A DNA stretch of 20,000 nt from an uncultured virus (IMG/VR IMGVR_UViG_3300033069_000856) (taxonomy: Duplodnaviria; Heunggongvirae; Uroviricota; Caudoviricetes). Shown here piece after piece: positions 6,892 to 13,544 of this stretch; position 1 is the first letter of the stretch, and every line of letters begins with the position of its first letter. The stretch lies in the IMG/VR virus record IMGVR_UViG_3300033069_000856. The stretch is one strand, 5' to 3'. The notes under the pieces were generated by a model. That model did not search any database, was not told where the DNA came from, and worked only from the letters and a program-made list of their open reading frames with translations. A program made the position numbers and the translations under genes.

Positions 6892-7218
6892 ATGCAAACC
6901 ATTGACCACTCTACCTACACGGTAGCTGAGGTTTTATCGTTCGTGGTTTATTCTGTTCCAGCATACGCTATGGAAAGCGTAGAACACCATTATGCGTATC
7001 GTACCAATGCTGTGCCCGAGTTTAACTTAGCCGAAGTTAGACTCCCATTCTTTGATCACCTAATGGGAACAGTACTGACATACCACATTGCATGGCGTGA
7101 ATACATGCACCCATACAGGTATGTTCATTACATCAATTACCCTGCTGACAGGAGTGGGGGAGATACTAGAAGAATCACATATTTCGGGGTTGGTTTATCT
7201 CAAGGAAAGCATCGATGA
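6892..7218 (+). CDS. Small protein with variant tag (108 aa, MQTIDH...)
   Basis: TAAGGA RBS; first gene of the second block of the array. Confidence 0.8.
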   Translation: MQTIDHSTYTVAEVLSFVVYSVPAYAMESVEHHYAYRTNAVPEFNLAEVRLPFFDHLMGTVLTYHIAWREYMHPYRYVHYINYPADRSGGDTRRITYFGVGLSQGKHR

Positions 7219-7538
7219 AAACACTCGAAGGGCATACAAAGTTGATAGCTGATCTCTGGAAGAGCCTAGAGCCATGGCAGTGCTACAACCCTGCTGCTGT
7301 AAAGTATGATAACGAGAGAATAGTTGACATTTATAGGCCTGGTGATAGCCTGTTTATAGAGCTTTCCGGGCAAATGCTATCAGTGGTATACGGGATTAGT
7401 AACAATAGTGATGTGAGTAAAGTTGGATCGTGTCACGAGGTTTGGGATACTGAGCGAGGCTGGGAGGGTGGTCACCAGATAGGTTGGAGGTTCAACAGAT
7501 ACTTAACAGCGGCAGAGATGGTAAGGGACATCGTATGA
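7215..7538 (+). CDS. MxTL-tag small protein, family C (107 aa, MKTLEG...)
   Basis: ATGA overlap and AAGGA RBS. Motif SLEPW...LFIELSGQML. Confidence 0.85.
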   Translation: MKTLEGHTKLIADLWKSLEPWQCYNPAAVKYDNERIVDIYRPGDSLFIELSGQMLSVVYGISNNSDVSKVGSCHEVWDTERGWEGGHQIGWRFNRYLTAAEMVRDIV

Positions 7539-7780
7539 ACACACTCAAAGACCCCAAAGACCCTGAGACAGCATTTACTTACTCAGCTAATACGCGTTGG
7601 GAACTAAATTATTCATGCAACATCTGTGGGCATACTGACCTACCAGATAAGGACCTGTTCCAAGAGCTGCACTCTCAAATGAAAATCTACAGCGCCCACT
7701 TAAACTCAGAGGGCTGCTTAGATTTTCGTTCATCTGCAGACAATGGATACAGAACGTCTAGCCTGTGGCAATACGAATGA
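7535..7780 (+). CDS. MxTL-tag small protein, family C (81 aa, MNTLKD...)
   Basis: ATGA overlap at 7535. Motifs CNIC and LFQELHSQM. Confidence 0.8.
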   Translation: MNTLKDPKDPETAFTYSANTRWELNYSCNICGHTDLPDKDLFQELHSQMKIYSAHLNSEGCLDFRSSADNGYRTSSLWQYE

Positions 7781-8088
7781 ACACACTTATCAGTGACTCT
7801 TCAATAGTTGATGAGTTTAAGCAAAACATACCCCCTTGGCGGGCGAATTACTCTCACACAGATATTCAAGAATTAGCTGAGTTAAGAATCAAGAATACGG
7901 ATAGTCCTCTGTTCATGACATGCATAGAGATCGTGTACACCCCGTACAACCTTGGCGATGGGTACGGATATCTGGGGTTTGCCGCTTATGAGAATAATCA
8001 GCACTTCCGTCTTGTTCACTTTACGGCTTATGAATCAATAGGCAATTCAAAGAAGCCATGGGAGGTGCTACATGACGACTCTCATTGA
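7777..8088 (+). CDS. MxTL-tag small protein, family C (103 aa, MNTLIS...)
   Basis: ATGA overlap at 7777. Motif DEFKQNIPPW. Confidence 0.8.
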   Translation: MNTLISDSSIVDEFKQNIPPWRANYSHTDIQELAELRIKNTDSPLFMTCIEIVYTPYNLGDGYGYLGFAAYENNQHFRLVHFTAYESIGNSKKPWEVLHDDSH

Positions 8089-8386
8089 TCCAAAAATTTG
8101 CATACATGAGGTGTACAGTTGTTTACCGAAGTGGGTAGAGAGTAGTAAGGTTACGCCAGTGAACTACCACATCCTTAGTTTACACTTAGACGTGCCCTTT
8201 CTACCTGCCCTGTTCAAGCAGATGCTTAGTGTGCATGAGTTCTGTAGTGGTAAGGCTAACTCCCTAGGATGGTGCCTTCATGCTTTAGCTCCTGATAGCA
8301 TGACAGCAGATGCTCACTACTATATAGGTCTTATCTACAATCCTAACCTGGAGCATAAAGGTGAATGTATTTTCCCAAGACTCTGA
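8072..8386 (+). CDS. MxTL-tag small protein, family C (104 aa, MTTLID...)
   Basis: GGAGGT RBS. Motif LPKW...PALFKQML. Confidence 0.8.
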   Translation: MTTLIDPKICIHEVYSCLPKWVESSKVTPVNYHILSLHLDVPFLPALFKQMLSVHEFCSGKANSLGWCLHALAPDSMTADAHYYIGLIYNPNLEHKGECIFPRL

Positions 8387-8579
8387 GGTAGTTCTCGAAG
8401 AATTCGCTTCCTATATATCTCCATGGTGCTTTTACTATACAGCCGGTCAGTTCTTGCTAGAGTACTTGCACTCCGAGCTTTACCACAATCAATCGATAAG
8501 AAGCGTGGCTAAGCTGGAAAAGACTGGTGCGTTCGGAACAATAACAGCCGAATGGAGGTACCGTGAGTACTTTGGATAA
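8361..8579 (+). CDS. Family C small protein with degenerate tag (72 aa, GTG start, MNVF...)
   Basis: GGAG upstream. EEFASYISPW resembles DEFFQSMSPW of 8819..9121. Confidence 0.7.
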   Translation: MNVFSQDSEVVLEEFASYISPWCFYYTAGQFLLEYLHSELYHNQSIRSVAKLEKTGAFGTITAEWRYREYFG

Positions 8580-8835
8580 AGACAAATTCGACACTGACTT
8601 CCTTACTCCATGGTATGAGCCTTGGAGGTACAACGCAGATAAGCATTTTGCTCACAAGTTTAGCCAACTTTTCAGTGAACTAGAGGAAGAGATGATTAGA
8701 TACAGGAGTGAATGCCCGCTAGGTGTTTACTTACTACTAGAACAGCCAGAAAGCGGATGGAGCATAGAACTTCGGCAATGTCACCCGATAGTCTCACGAT
8801 TCGGCAATTGGAGGCAGAATGCCCACGCTAATTGA
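8563..8835 (+). CDS. MxTL-tag small protein, family C (90 aa, GTG start, MSTLDK...)
   Basis: GGAGGT RBS. Motif YEPW...LFSELEEEM. Confidence 0.8.
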   Translation: MSTLDKDKFDTDFLTPWYEPWRYNADKHFAHKFSQLFSELEEEMIRYRSECPLGVYLLLEQPESGWSIELRQCHPIVSRFGNWRQNAHAN

Positions 8836-9121
8836 CTGCTTCAGCAAGACCGCAGCATACTCTGTGCTTTGGGATGAGTTCTTCCAATCAATGAGCCCTT
8901 GGCAGACAGGGCACACTACTAGAGTTCCAATTGAAGGTCTACGCAGGCCCAGGCTGTTGAACTTCTTGTGCTTCCAATTACTAGAGTATGATGCCCGCCA
9001 TCCAATCCAAGGTATAGCCCTAATGTACTTTAGGGAGTCTTATTGGATAGTGAGCTACGATAAGTCTAAGTTTAAAGGGAGGGACTATGCAGACCTTGGA
9101 ATTAAGCGTTACGGTCGATGA
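8819..9121 (+). CDS. MxTL-tag small protein, family C (100 aa, MPTLID...)
   Basis: GGAGG RBS. Motif MSPW...LLNFLCFQLLEY. Confidence 0.8.
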   Translation: MPTLIDCFSKTAAYSVLWDEFFQSMSPWQTGHTTRVPIEGLRRPRLLNFLCFQLLEYDARHPIQGIALMYFRESYWIVSYDKSKFKGRDYADLGIKRYGR

Positions 9122-9323
9122 CCGCTTAGTGGATAGCCTGAAAGATTGGTGGGTTTGGAGGTCGATTAAACTATCGACTAGGTCCTTTGACTTAGCCTTC
9201 ATCAAGTACCTATACCATCAAATATTCGAGTACAGGATTAGGCAAGATACCGGGGATGGCGTCTATTTTTATGTGTTTGACATTAGGCCTTTCTACTTTA
9301 AAATGTGGCTGAAGAGGACATAG
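9087..9323 (+). CDS. MxTL-tag small protein, family C-like (78 aa, MQTLEL...)
   Basis: GGGAGG RBS. FIKYLYHQIFEY resembles the corresponding segment of the upstream gene. Confidence 0.8.
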   Translation: MQTLELSVTVDDRLVDSLKDWWVWRSIKLSTRSFDLAFIKYLYHQIFEYRIRQDTGDGVYFYVFDIRPFYFKMWLKRT

Positions 9324-9325
9324 CT

Positions 9326-9577
9326 ATGCAGACACTTGAGTCTTGTGATCCACCTGTGTTGATCATTAACCTAGATCCGCCTTCAGGTAAGTACGCATTC
9401 ATAGCAGCAGCCCACCCAGAACTAGACTTACTATATAGGCTTGTCAGGATACTCAGTGACTGGGAGTATAAGAAGCGTAATGACTGGGTAATCTATCCGG
9501 ATTTCTTCCATGCATGGTATCCAGACGTCGGGCGAGAGCTCTCTAAAGCCAGATGCTTTAAAAGGTGGCACCCATGA
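9326..9577 (+). CDS. MxTL-tag small protein (83 aa, MQTLES...)
   Basis: ATG at 9326 with GAGGA RBS, 2 nt after the previous stop. Confidence 0.75.
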   Translation: MQTLESCDPPVLIINLDPPSGKYAFIAAAHPELDLLYRLVRILSDWEYKKRNDWVIYPDFFHAWYPDVGRELSKARCFKRWHP

Positions 9578-9786
9578 AAACACTAAGATACCCAAGAGAC
9601 TTGAAGCAGCTCGACTTCAATCTAGTCCCCAATGTAAAGTACTGGCTATCCTATCCACCCCTTTTTCGTGATTTGCTTCTACTTATGTACACGCTCTACG
9701 TTACTGCATGGGACAGGTGTGTATTCAACCTAGCTGACATCTCTTACAACCAAGCCTCTACTGCCACTTGGAGACGACATAAATGA
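9574..9786 (+). CDS. MxTL-tag small protein (70 aa, MKTLRY...)
   Basis: ATGA overlap at 9574; AGGTGG upstream. Confidence 0.75.
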   Translation: MKTLRYPRDLKQLDFNLVPNVKYWLSYPPLFRDLLLLMYTLYVTAWDRCVFNLADISYNQASTATWRRHK

Positions 9787-10052
9787 ATACTCTGGACGGC
9801 AACACTACGGTTAAGCATGACTTACTGTCTTTTGTAGTTCCTTGGAGATTAGAAAGAAAGATTGAGTGGTTTTACGATCCGCACCCTGATACGCCCTTAT
9901 TAACAGAGATCTTTGAGCAAATGCACCACGCATTCCTGGAACTTACATACCCCAAGCGTTGTAGTGCTACTACCCGCAGGGCATCTATTACTACGAAGAC
10001 ACGTAGAGAACCGCTGTTGCACCTGCACCTCAAACAATACATGTTGGTCTAA
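9783..10052 (+). CDS. MxTL-tag small protein, family C (89 aa, MNTLDG...)
   Basis: ATGA overlap. Motif VVPW...PLLTEIFEQM. Confidence 0.8.
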   Translation: MNTLDGNTTVKHDLLSFVVPWRLERKIEWFYDPHPDTPLLTEIFEQMHHAFLELTYPKRCSATTRRASITTKTRREPLLHLHLKQYMLV

Positions 10053-10054
10053 CC

Positions 10055-10309
10055 TTGAAAACACTAACACTGTACGAACCTATTGACCTTGACATTAAGA
10101 GATTACCCGGCCCTGCCTACATAGTAGATATGCTGCGTAGCAGGCTAGAGATATTTCAGCAATTAGCTACTGCGGCGAAGTACATTGTAGAAGCGATTGA
10201 CCCATCACGTAGGAAGTACAACTTCCACGCTTATGGCTGGGGAAGTACCGAGACAGTCTCTGGGATTTTCACTGAATACAAGGAAGTCATCTTATTCCTT
10301 AGGCACTAA
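10055..10309 (+). CDS. MxTL-tag small protein, family D-like (84 aa, TTG start, MKTLTL...)
   Basis: TTG AAA ACA CTA. LP...VDMLRS...FQQLAT resembles 12400..12684. Confidence 0.75.
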   Translation: MKTLTLYEPIDLDIKRLPGPAYIVDMLRSRLEIFQQLATAAKYIVEAIDPSRRKYNFHAYGWGSTETVSGIFTEYKEVILFLRH

Positions 10310-10536
10310 TGAAAACACTCCAACTAGAGCTGATAGCTCCGTTCTCAAATATTGGCATAGACACTCTTTGGTACTACGCAAGTCACCGTACAGTAATAGG
10401 TAACCTACCAACTGACTGTAAAGGGTTCATGATGTTTGGGACTGTGATATGTGATTATCTAAGCGTACACCAGCTATACGCTATCAATCTATTCACACAC
10501 TCTAGCTTGCGCCTAAGGCAGAAGGTATGGGCATGA
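10309..10536 (+). CDS. MxTL-tag small protein (75 aa, MKTLQL...)
   Basis: TAATG overlap. Confidence 0.75.
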   Translation: MKTLQLELIAPFSNIGIDTLWYYASHRTVIGNLPTDCKGFMMFGTVICDYLSVHQLYAINLFTHSSLRLRQKVWA

Positions 10537-10793
10537 ACACACTTATTACATTTGACGTACTTTCTACTGTTCAAAAACAACCAATAGAAGACTTCTATAA
10601 AGTCCTAAATGTGTGCAGGACCAGGTTCTCCGCATTTGACTACGGTATAAAACCCCACACTATGTACAACTGGTGGGGTTTTGAGTTCTCTAACACACGC
10701 GTGTACTCAATGCTGGTGTTGGAAGGTCCCAGAAAAATGGCCTTTCATTGGTGGGTGACAAGTATAATGGAGGCACGCTATGCCGACCCTTGA
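10533..10793 (+). CDS. MxTL-tag small protein (86 aa, MNTLIT...)
   Basis: ATGA overlap at 10533. Confidence 0.75.
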   Translation: MNTLITFDVLSTVQKQPIEDFYKVLNVCRTRFSAFDYGIKPHTMYNWWGFEFSNTRVYSMLVLEGPRKMAFHWWVTSIMEARYADP

Positions 10794-11016
10794 GTACATT
10801 GCCGTCCAATTGATCGTGTTTGACGAGCCGCTATACAAGTTTAATCATGTATTCGATCTTTACAGAACAGGTCAAGTAGGCTGCTACTTTGACAGCTGTC
10901 CTTTGAAGCACGGTGAGTGGATATTACTTACACATGTACGCTGGCGTTCACTGTGTGTGACGTACTTACCCGAAGTAGCTTTCCAATACTCCTTAACCAG
11001 ATGGTGGCTAGTCTAA
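10780..11016 (+). CDS. MxTL-tag small protein (78 aa, MPTLEY...)
   Basis: GGAGG RBS; 14-nt overlap. Confidence 0.75.
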   Translation: MPTLEYIAVQLIVFDEPLYKFNHVFDLYRTGQVGCYFDSCPLKHGEWILLTHVRWRSLCVTYLPEVAFQYSLTRWWLV

Positions 11017-11297
11017 TGCACACACTCAAATCACATGCTAATATGTTTGTCGGATTTGACACAATCTCCATTGCGCCTTGGAGCAGGGTGTACGAGCATC
11101 GCGAAAACCCGCATACCCATAAAGGCTATTACGTTGATAATGGTAAGTTTGAGACGGAAAGAACAATCTTAGGTCGTGATTTCGTACTTCGTTACGGGTT
11201 CTGCAGCTTTAACTATGGCCCGTTTGAGCAGCTGGCGTGGTGGACTTCGCAATACACTGACTATACTGAGAATGCGCTAGGAGAGAATAGGGTATGA
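11016..11297 (+). CDS. MxTL-tag small protein (93 aa, MHTLKS...)
   Basis: TAATG overlap at 11014-11018; internal start in track ORF 10917..11297. Confidence 0.75.
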   Translation: MHTLKSHANMFVGFDTISIAPWSRVYEHRENPHTHKGYYVDNGKFETERTILGRDFVLRYGFCSFNYGPFEQLAWWTSQYTDYTENALGENRV

Positions 11298-11554
11298 AAA
11301 CACTCAAGTCCGGGATACAAAAGTTAACCCCGCCATCTATGAGCTCCATGACACGTAATAACCTTGTTGCGGTTGATTACTTAAAAAGCAAGTGCAGCTT
11401 GTTACAGAACTTAGCTGCATTGTGCTGGGAGCTTGACGCCCAAGGAGTAATGGAGGCATTTGCTTACCCAAGTAATAGGCCCCGTATCTGCGAGGTAATA
11501 TGGATAGGATTTGATAATGACTCATACCACAGATTGTCAAGGCTCGCACAATGA
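11294..11554 (+). CDS. MxTL-tag small protein, family D (86 aa, MKTLKS...)
   Basis: ATGA overlap and AGGAG upstream. Motif LKSKCSLLQNLA...AF...EVIWI. Confidence 0.8.
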   Translation: MKTLKSGIQKLTPPSMSSMTRNNLVAVDYLKSKCSLLQNLAALCWELDAQGVMEAFAYPSNRPRICEVIWIGFDNDSYHRLSRLAQ

Positions 11555-11778
11555 ACACGCTCAACCCCAGTACTTCAATCGAGCTGATTGGTTTTGATGC
11601 TGCTCTAGATATCAGCTATATCTTAATTCAGTCCCTAGAGTTCACCGAGGCTTGGAACACATTTAGGATGTATTACACCAATAGGCCTCACTTGAGGATT
11701 GGCTATCTTCCAGCGCATTTTAGGTACTACCTGGATCTGCCGGAGCTATTAGTACTAAAGTTCAGGGAATTAGAATGA
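11551..11778 (+). CDS. MxTL-tag small protein (75 aa, MNTLNP...)
   Basis: ATGA overlap. LIGFDA resembles the N-terminal segment of family D. Confidence 0.75.
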   Translation: MNTLNPSTSIELIGFDAALDISYILIQSLEFTEAWNTFRMYYTNRPHLRIGYLPAHFRYYLDLPELLVLKFRELE

Positions 11779-12113
11779 AAACACTAGCACCAACAACAGA
11801 CCCAACATGGGGTTTCACAATCTTGCCCGACATTGACCTAAGTGAATTTGACGTTAATCGACCGCTTCCTTGCCCTAAGACAAAGGTACTGTACCTAGAG
11901 AGCGACTGCGCCCAGTTACAGCTGTTTGCTACTCTTACTGAGTCTATACTGTCATGGACTAACTCTACGACTCCACGCTTCCTGGATTCTTATGCATTCG
12001 ATGTATATACCAGCATACTACGTGACCTACCTAGGGTGGCTATAGCAGAAGTCGTCTGGGTAACAACCTCACCTAATCCGTTTCCTTGGGACCTTATAAC
12101 TAGATTACGGTAA
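11775..12113 (+). CDS. MxTL-tag small protein, family D (112 aa, MKTLAP...)
   Basis: ATGA overlap. Motif FD...PLP...LESDCAQLQ...YAF...EVVWV...FPW. Confidence 0.85.
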   Translation: MKTLAPTTDPTWGFTILPDIDLSEFDVNRPLPCPKTKVLYLESDCAQLQLFATLTESILSWTNSTTPRFLDSYAFDVYTSILRDLPRVAIAEVVWVTTSPNPFPWDLITRLR

Positions 12114-12122
12114 GGTACAACA

Positions 12123-12440
12123 ATGCACACACTAACGATGTCACTAGCCGGATTTGACGCCTCTAAACCATTGCCGGATATTGTCCCTGTACTTGGCGGG
12201 CTAGCAAGTGAGTGCCACAATCTTCAGTTGTGCGGCACTGTCCTACGAGACTGCACAACTGACGTAAAAGACAAAGTAATGTACGCGTTCACCTTATACA
12301 CTACATACAGCGGGGACGATAAGGACGTATACCTAGAAGTTGCATGGGTGTGCTCTCGGGGACAGAACTACCCTTGGCTAAGAATACAGGAAGGAATGTA
12401 TGGACACACTAGACGTGGATTTGAGACAGTTCGAGCCTAA
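12123..12440 (+). CDS. MxTL-tag small protein, family D (105 aa, MHTLTM...)
   Basis: TAAGGT RBS. Motif FD...PLP...LASECHNLQ...YAF...EVAWV...YPW. Confidence 0.85.
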   Translation: MHTLTMSLAGFDASKPLPDIVPVLGGLASECHNLQLCGTVLRDCTTDVKDKVMYAFTLYTTYSGDDKDVYLEVAWVCSRGQNYPWLRIQEGMYGHTRRGFETVRA

Positions 12441-12684
12441 TTTTCCTCTGCCTCCAGTTCGTTCATCTGTAGATTGGCTCATAAGCCAGTGCAGTAAGTT
12501 CCAAGCACTGGCCACTGTAGTCAATAACAGCAAGTATAGCTCGCGTAATGCTGGAGGCTACCAGCGTAGTTTCTATGCGTTCAGGCACTCAGCGATTGTC
12601 AGCCCTAACGATGTAATCTTCCAGGCACTGACCCCACACTGTGCCGACGATGGCTTAGTGTATGAGTCAATCCTGCTGATTTAA
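12400..12684 (+). CDS. MxTL-tag small protein, family D (94 aa, MDTLDV...)
   Basis: AAGGA RBS. Motif FE...PLP...LISQCSKFQALAT...YAF. Confidence 0.85.
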   Translation: MDTLDVDLRQFEPNFPLPPVRSSVDWLISQCSKFQALATVVNNSKYSSRNAGGYQRSFYAFRHSAIVSPNDVIFQALTPHCADDGLVYESILLI

Positions 12685-12686
12685 CC

Positions 12687-12932
12687 ATGAACACACTACA
12701 CATAGACATAAGTGAGTTCTATGGTTATAACGAACCATGGACGCATGCGAGATTAACTAAAAATGCGTTTGGGGTTAGACAACCTCAGCCACTACTTGAG
12801 GAACTGCGAATACAGTGCTACTTTGGCTGGTACAGGTTTATTAATAACCCTGATTTTAGATTTGTAAGAGTTGTAAACATTACAGAGAGGAAGGGCTTAG
12901 CTATTATTGGGATTATCCGAGATATGCAATGA
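12687..12932 (+). CDS. MxTL-tag small protein (81 aa, MNTLHI...)
   Basis: Family D-like start (DISEF) and a family C-like EPW...PLLEEL segment. Confidence 0.8.
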   Translation: MNTLHIDISEFYGYNEPWTHARLTKNAFGVRQPQPLLEELRIQCYFGWYRFINNPDFRFVRVVNITERKGLAIIGIIRDMQ

Positions 12933-13234
12933 ACACACTAGACATAACCCTGGATGGCTTTAATGGTAGTGAGATATTACCTAAACCTTTGTTGACATAC
13001 TGCCCTGACTTCGCACTTGACTGCAGGTTATTAAGGATACTCGCTGTTACAGCTTTTACCTCACTTGAGTCTTTGAAGGACACTGATGAATATAGACAAA
13101 TATACAGCTTTTCCTTAACCCACCCAGATATGCGCTTTATGCCTACTAAGGCCCTGGAGGTAGTATGGGTAGCGGAAATGCGTTTAGAGAACTATCCTTG
13201 GCGTGGCTTGAGGAATTTCAACCTGGACTTATAA
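12929..13234 (+). CDS. MxTL-tag small protein, family D (101 aa, MNTLDI...)
   Basis: ATGA overlap. Motif DCRLLRILA...YSF...EVVWV...YPW. Confidence 0.85.
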   Translation: MNTLDITLDGFNGSEILPKPLLTYCPDFALDCRLLRILAVTAFTSLESLKDTDEYRQIYSFSLTHPDMRFMPTKALEVVWVAEMRLENYPWRGLRNFNLDL

Positions 13235-13437
13235 TGAACACACTATACCACTGCCCTCAGCCATTAGAAAGAATTTCATTAGAATTTCCTCCGATTGCCC
13301 GTATCCACACCTCTGGCATACCCTGGGGCTTCATCCACATAGATTGGATACTGTACGGATTATGTCTTGATCACAAATATTATAGGAAGGCATCCAATAC
13401 CCTCCATGGGTACTATATCGTTATACTGTACCGCTAA
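13234..13437 (+). CDS. MxTL-tag small protein (67 aa, MNTLYH...), last unit of the array
   Basis: TAATG overlap at 13232-13236; internal start in track ORF 13165..13437. Confidence 0.7.
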   Translation: MNTLYHCPQPLERISLEFPPIARIHTSGIPWGFIHIDWILYGLCLDHKYYRKASNTLHGYYIVILYR

Positions 13438-13481
13438 GATGGAGATAAAGAAACAGCACTGGCTTGTCCAACGATAAGAAA

Positions 13482-13510
13482 GTGCTTTACCTGGATAAAT
13501 CCTGTATACT
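13482..13510 (+). promoter_or_regulatory. Possible promoter for the portal-like/structural block
   Basis: TATACT -10-like hexamer at 13505-13510 in the only intergenic gap before 13545. The -35 candidate is weak (GTGCTT at 13482-13487). Confidence 0.3.
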
Positions 13511-13544
13511 CAAGTACACACAGCCCTAACCTGGAATACCAAAC

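Noticed and set aside
10197..10403. + strand ORF of 68 aa
   Set aside because: It overlaps two tagged genes out of frame; its NENT segment is just the tag read in another frame.
823..12220. Minus-strand ORFs in the array (823, 1023, 1576, 1604, 2095, 2414, 2835, 9020, 11337, 11990)
   Set aside because: They are antisense shadows of coupled, tagged or paralogous + strand genes, with no independent support.
167..13233. Upstream starts given by the ORF track (167, 3525, 4179, 5344, 5764, 6241, 7484, 7765, 9305, 9565, 10527, 10917, 13165)
   Set aside because: Each has a downstream in-frame MxTL start with an RBS and/or a short overlap with the previous stop, which fits better.
266..13437. Integron cassette array or DGR target array
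   Set aside because: There is no intergenic space for attC hairpins, no integrase or reverse transcriptase in the window, and no near-identical TR/VR pair differing only at adenines was noticed.
1..13437. Stop-codon reassignment fragmenting longer genes into short ORFs
   Set aside because: Successive ORFs change frame, end in all three stop codons and each restart with the tag. The long genes downstream read normally in the standard code.
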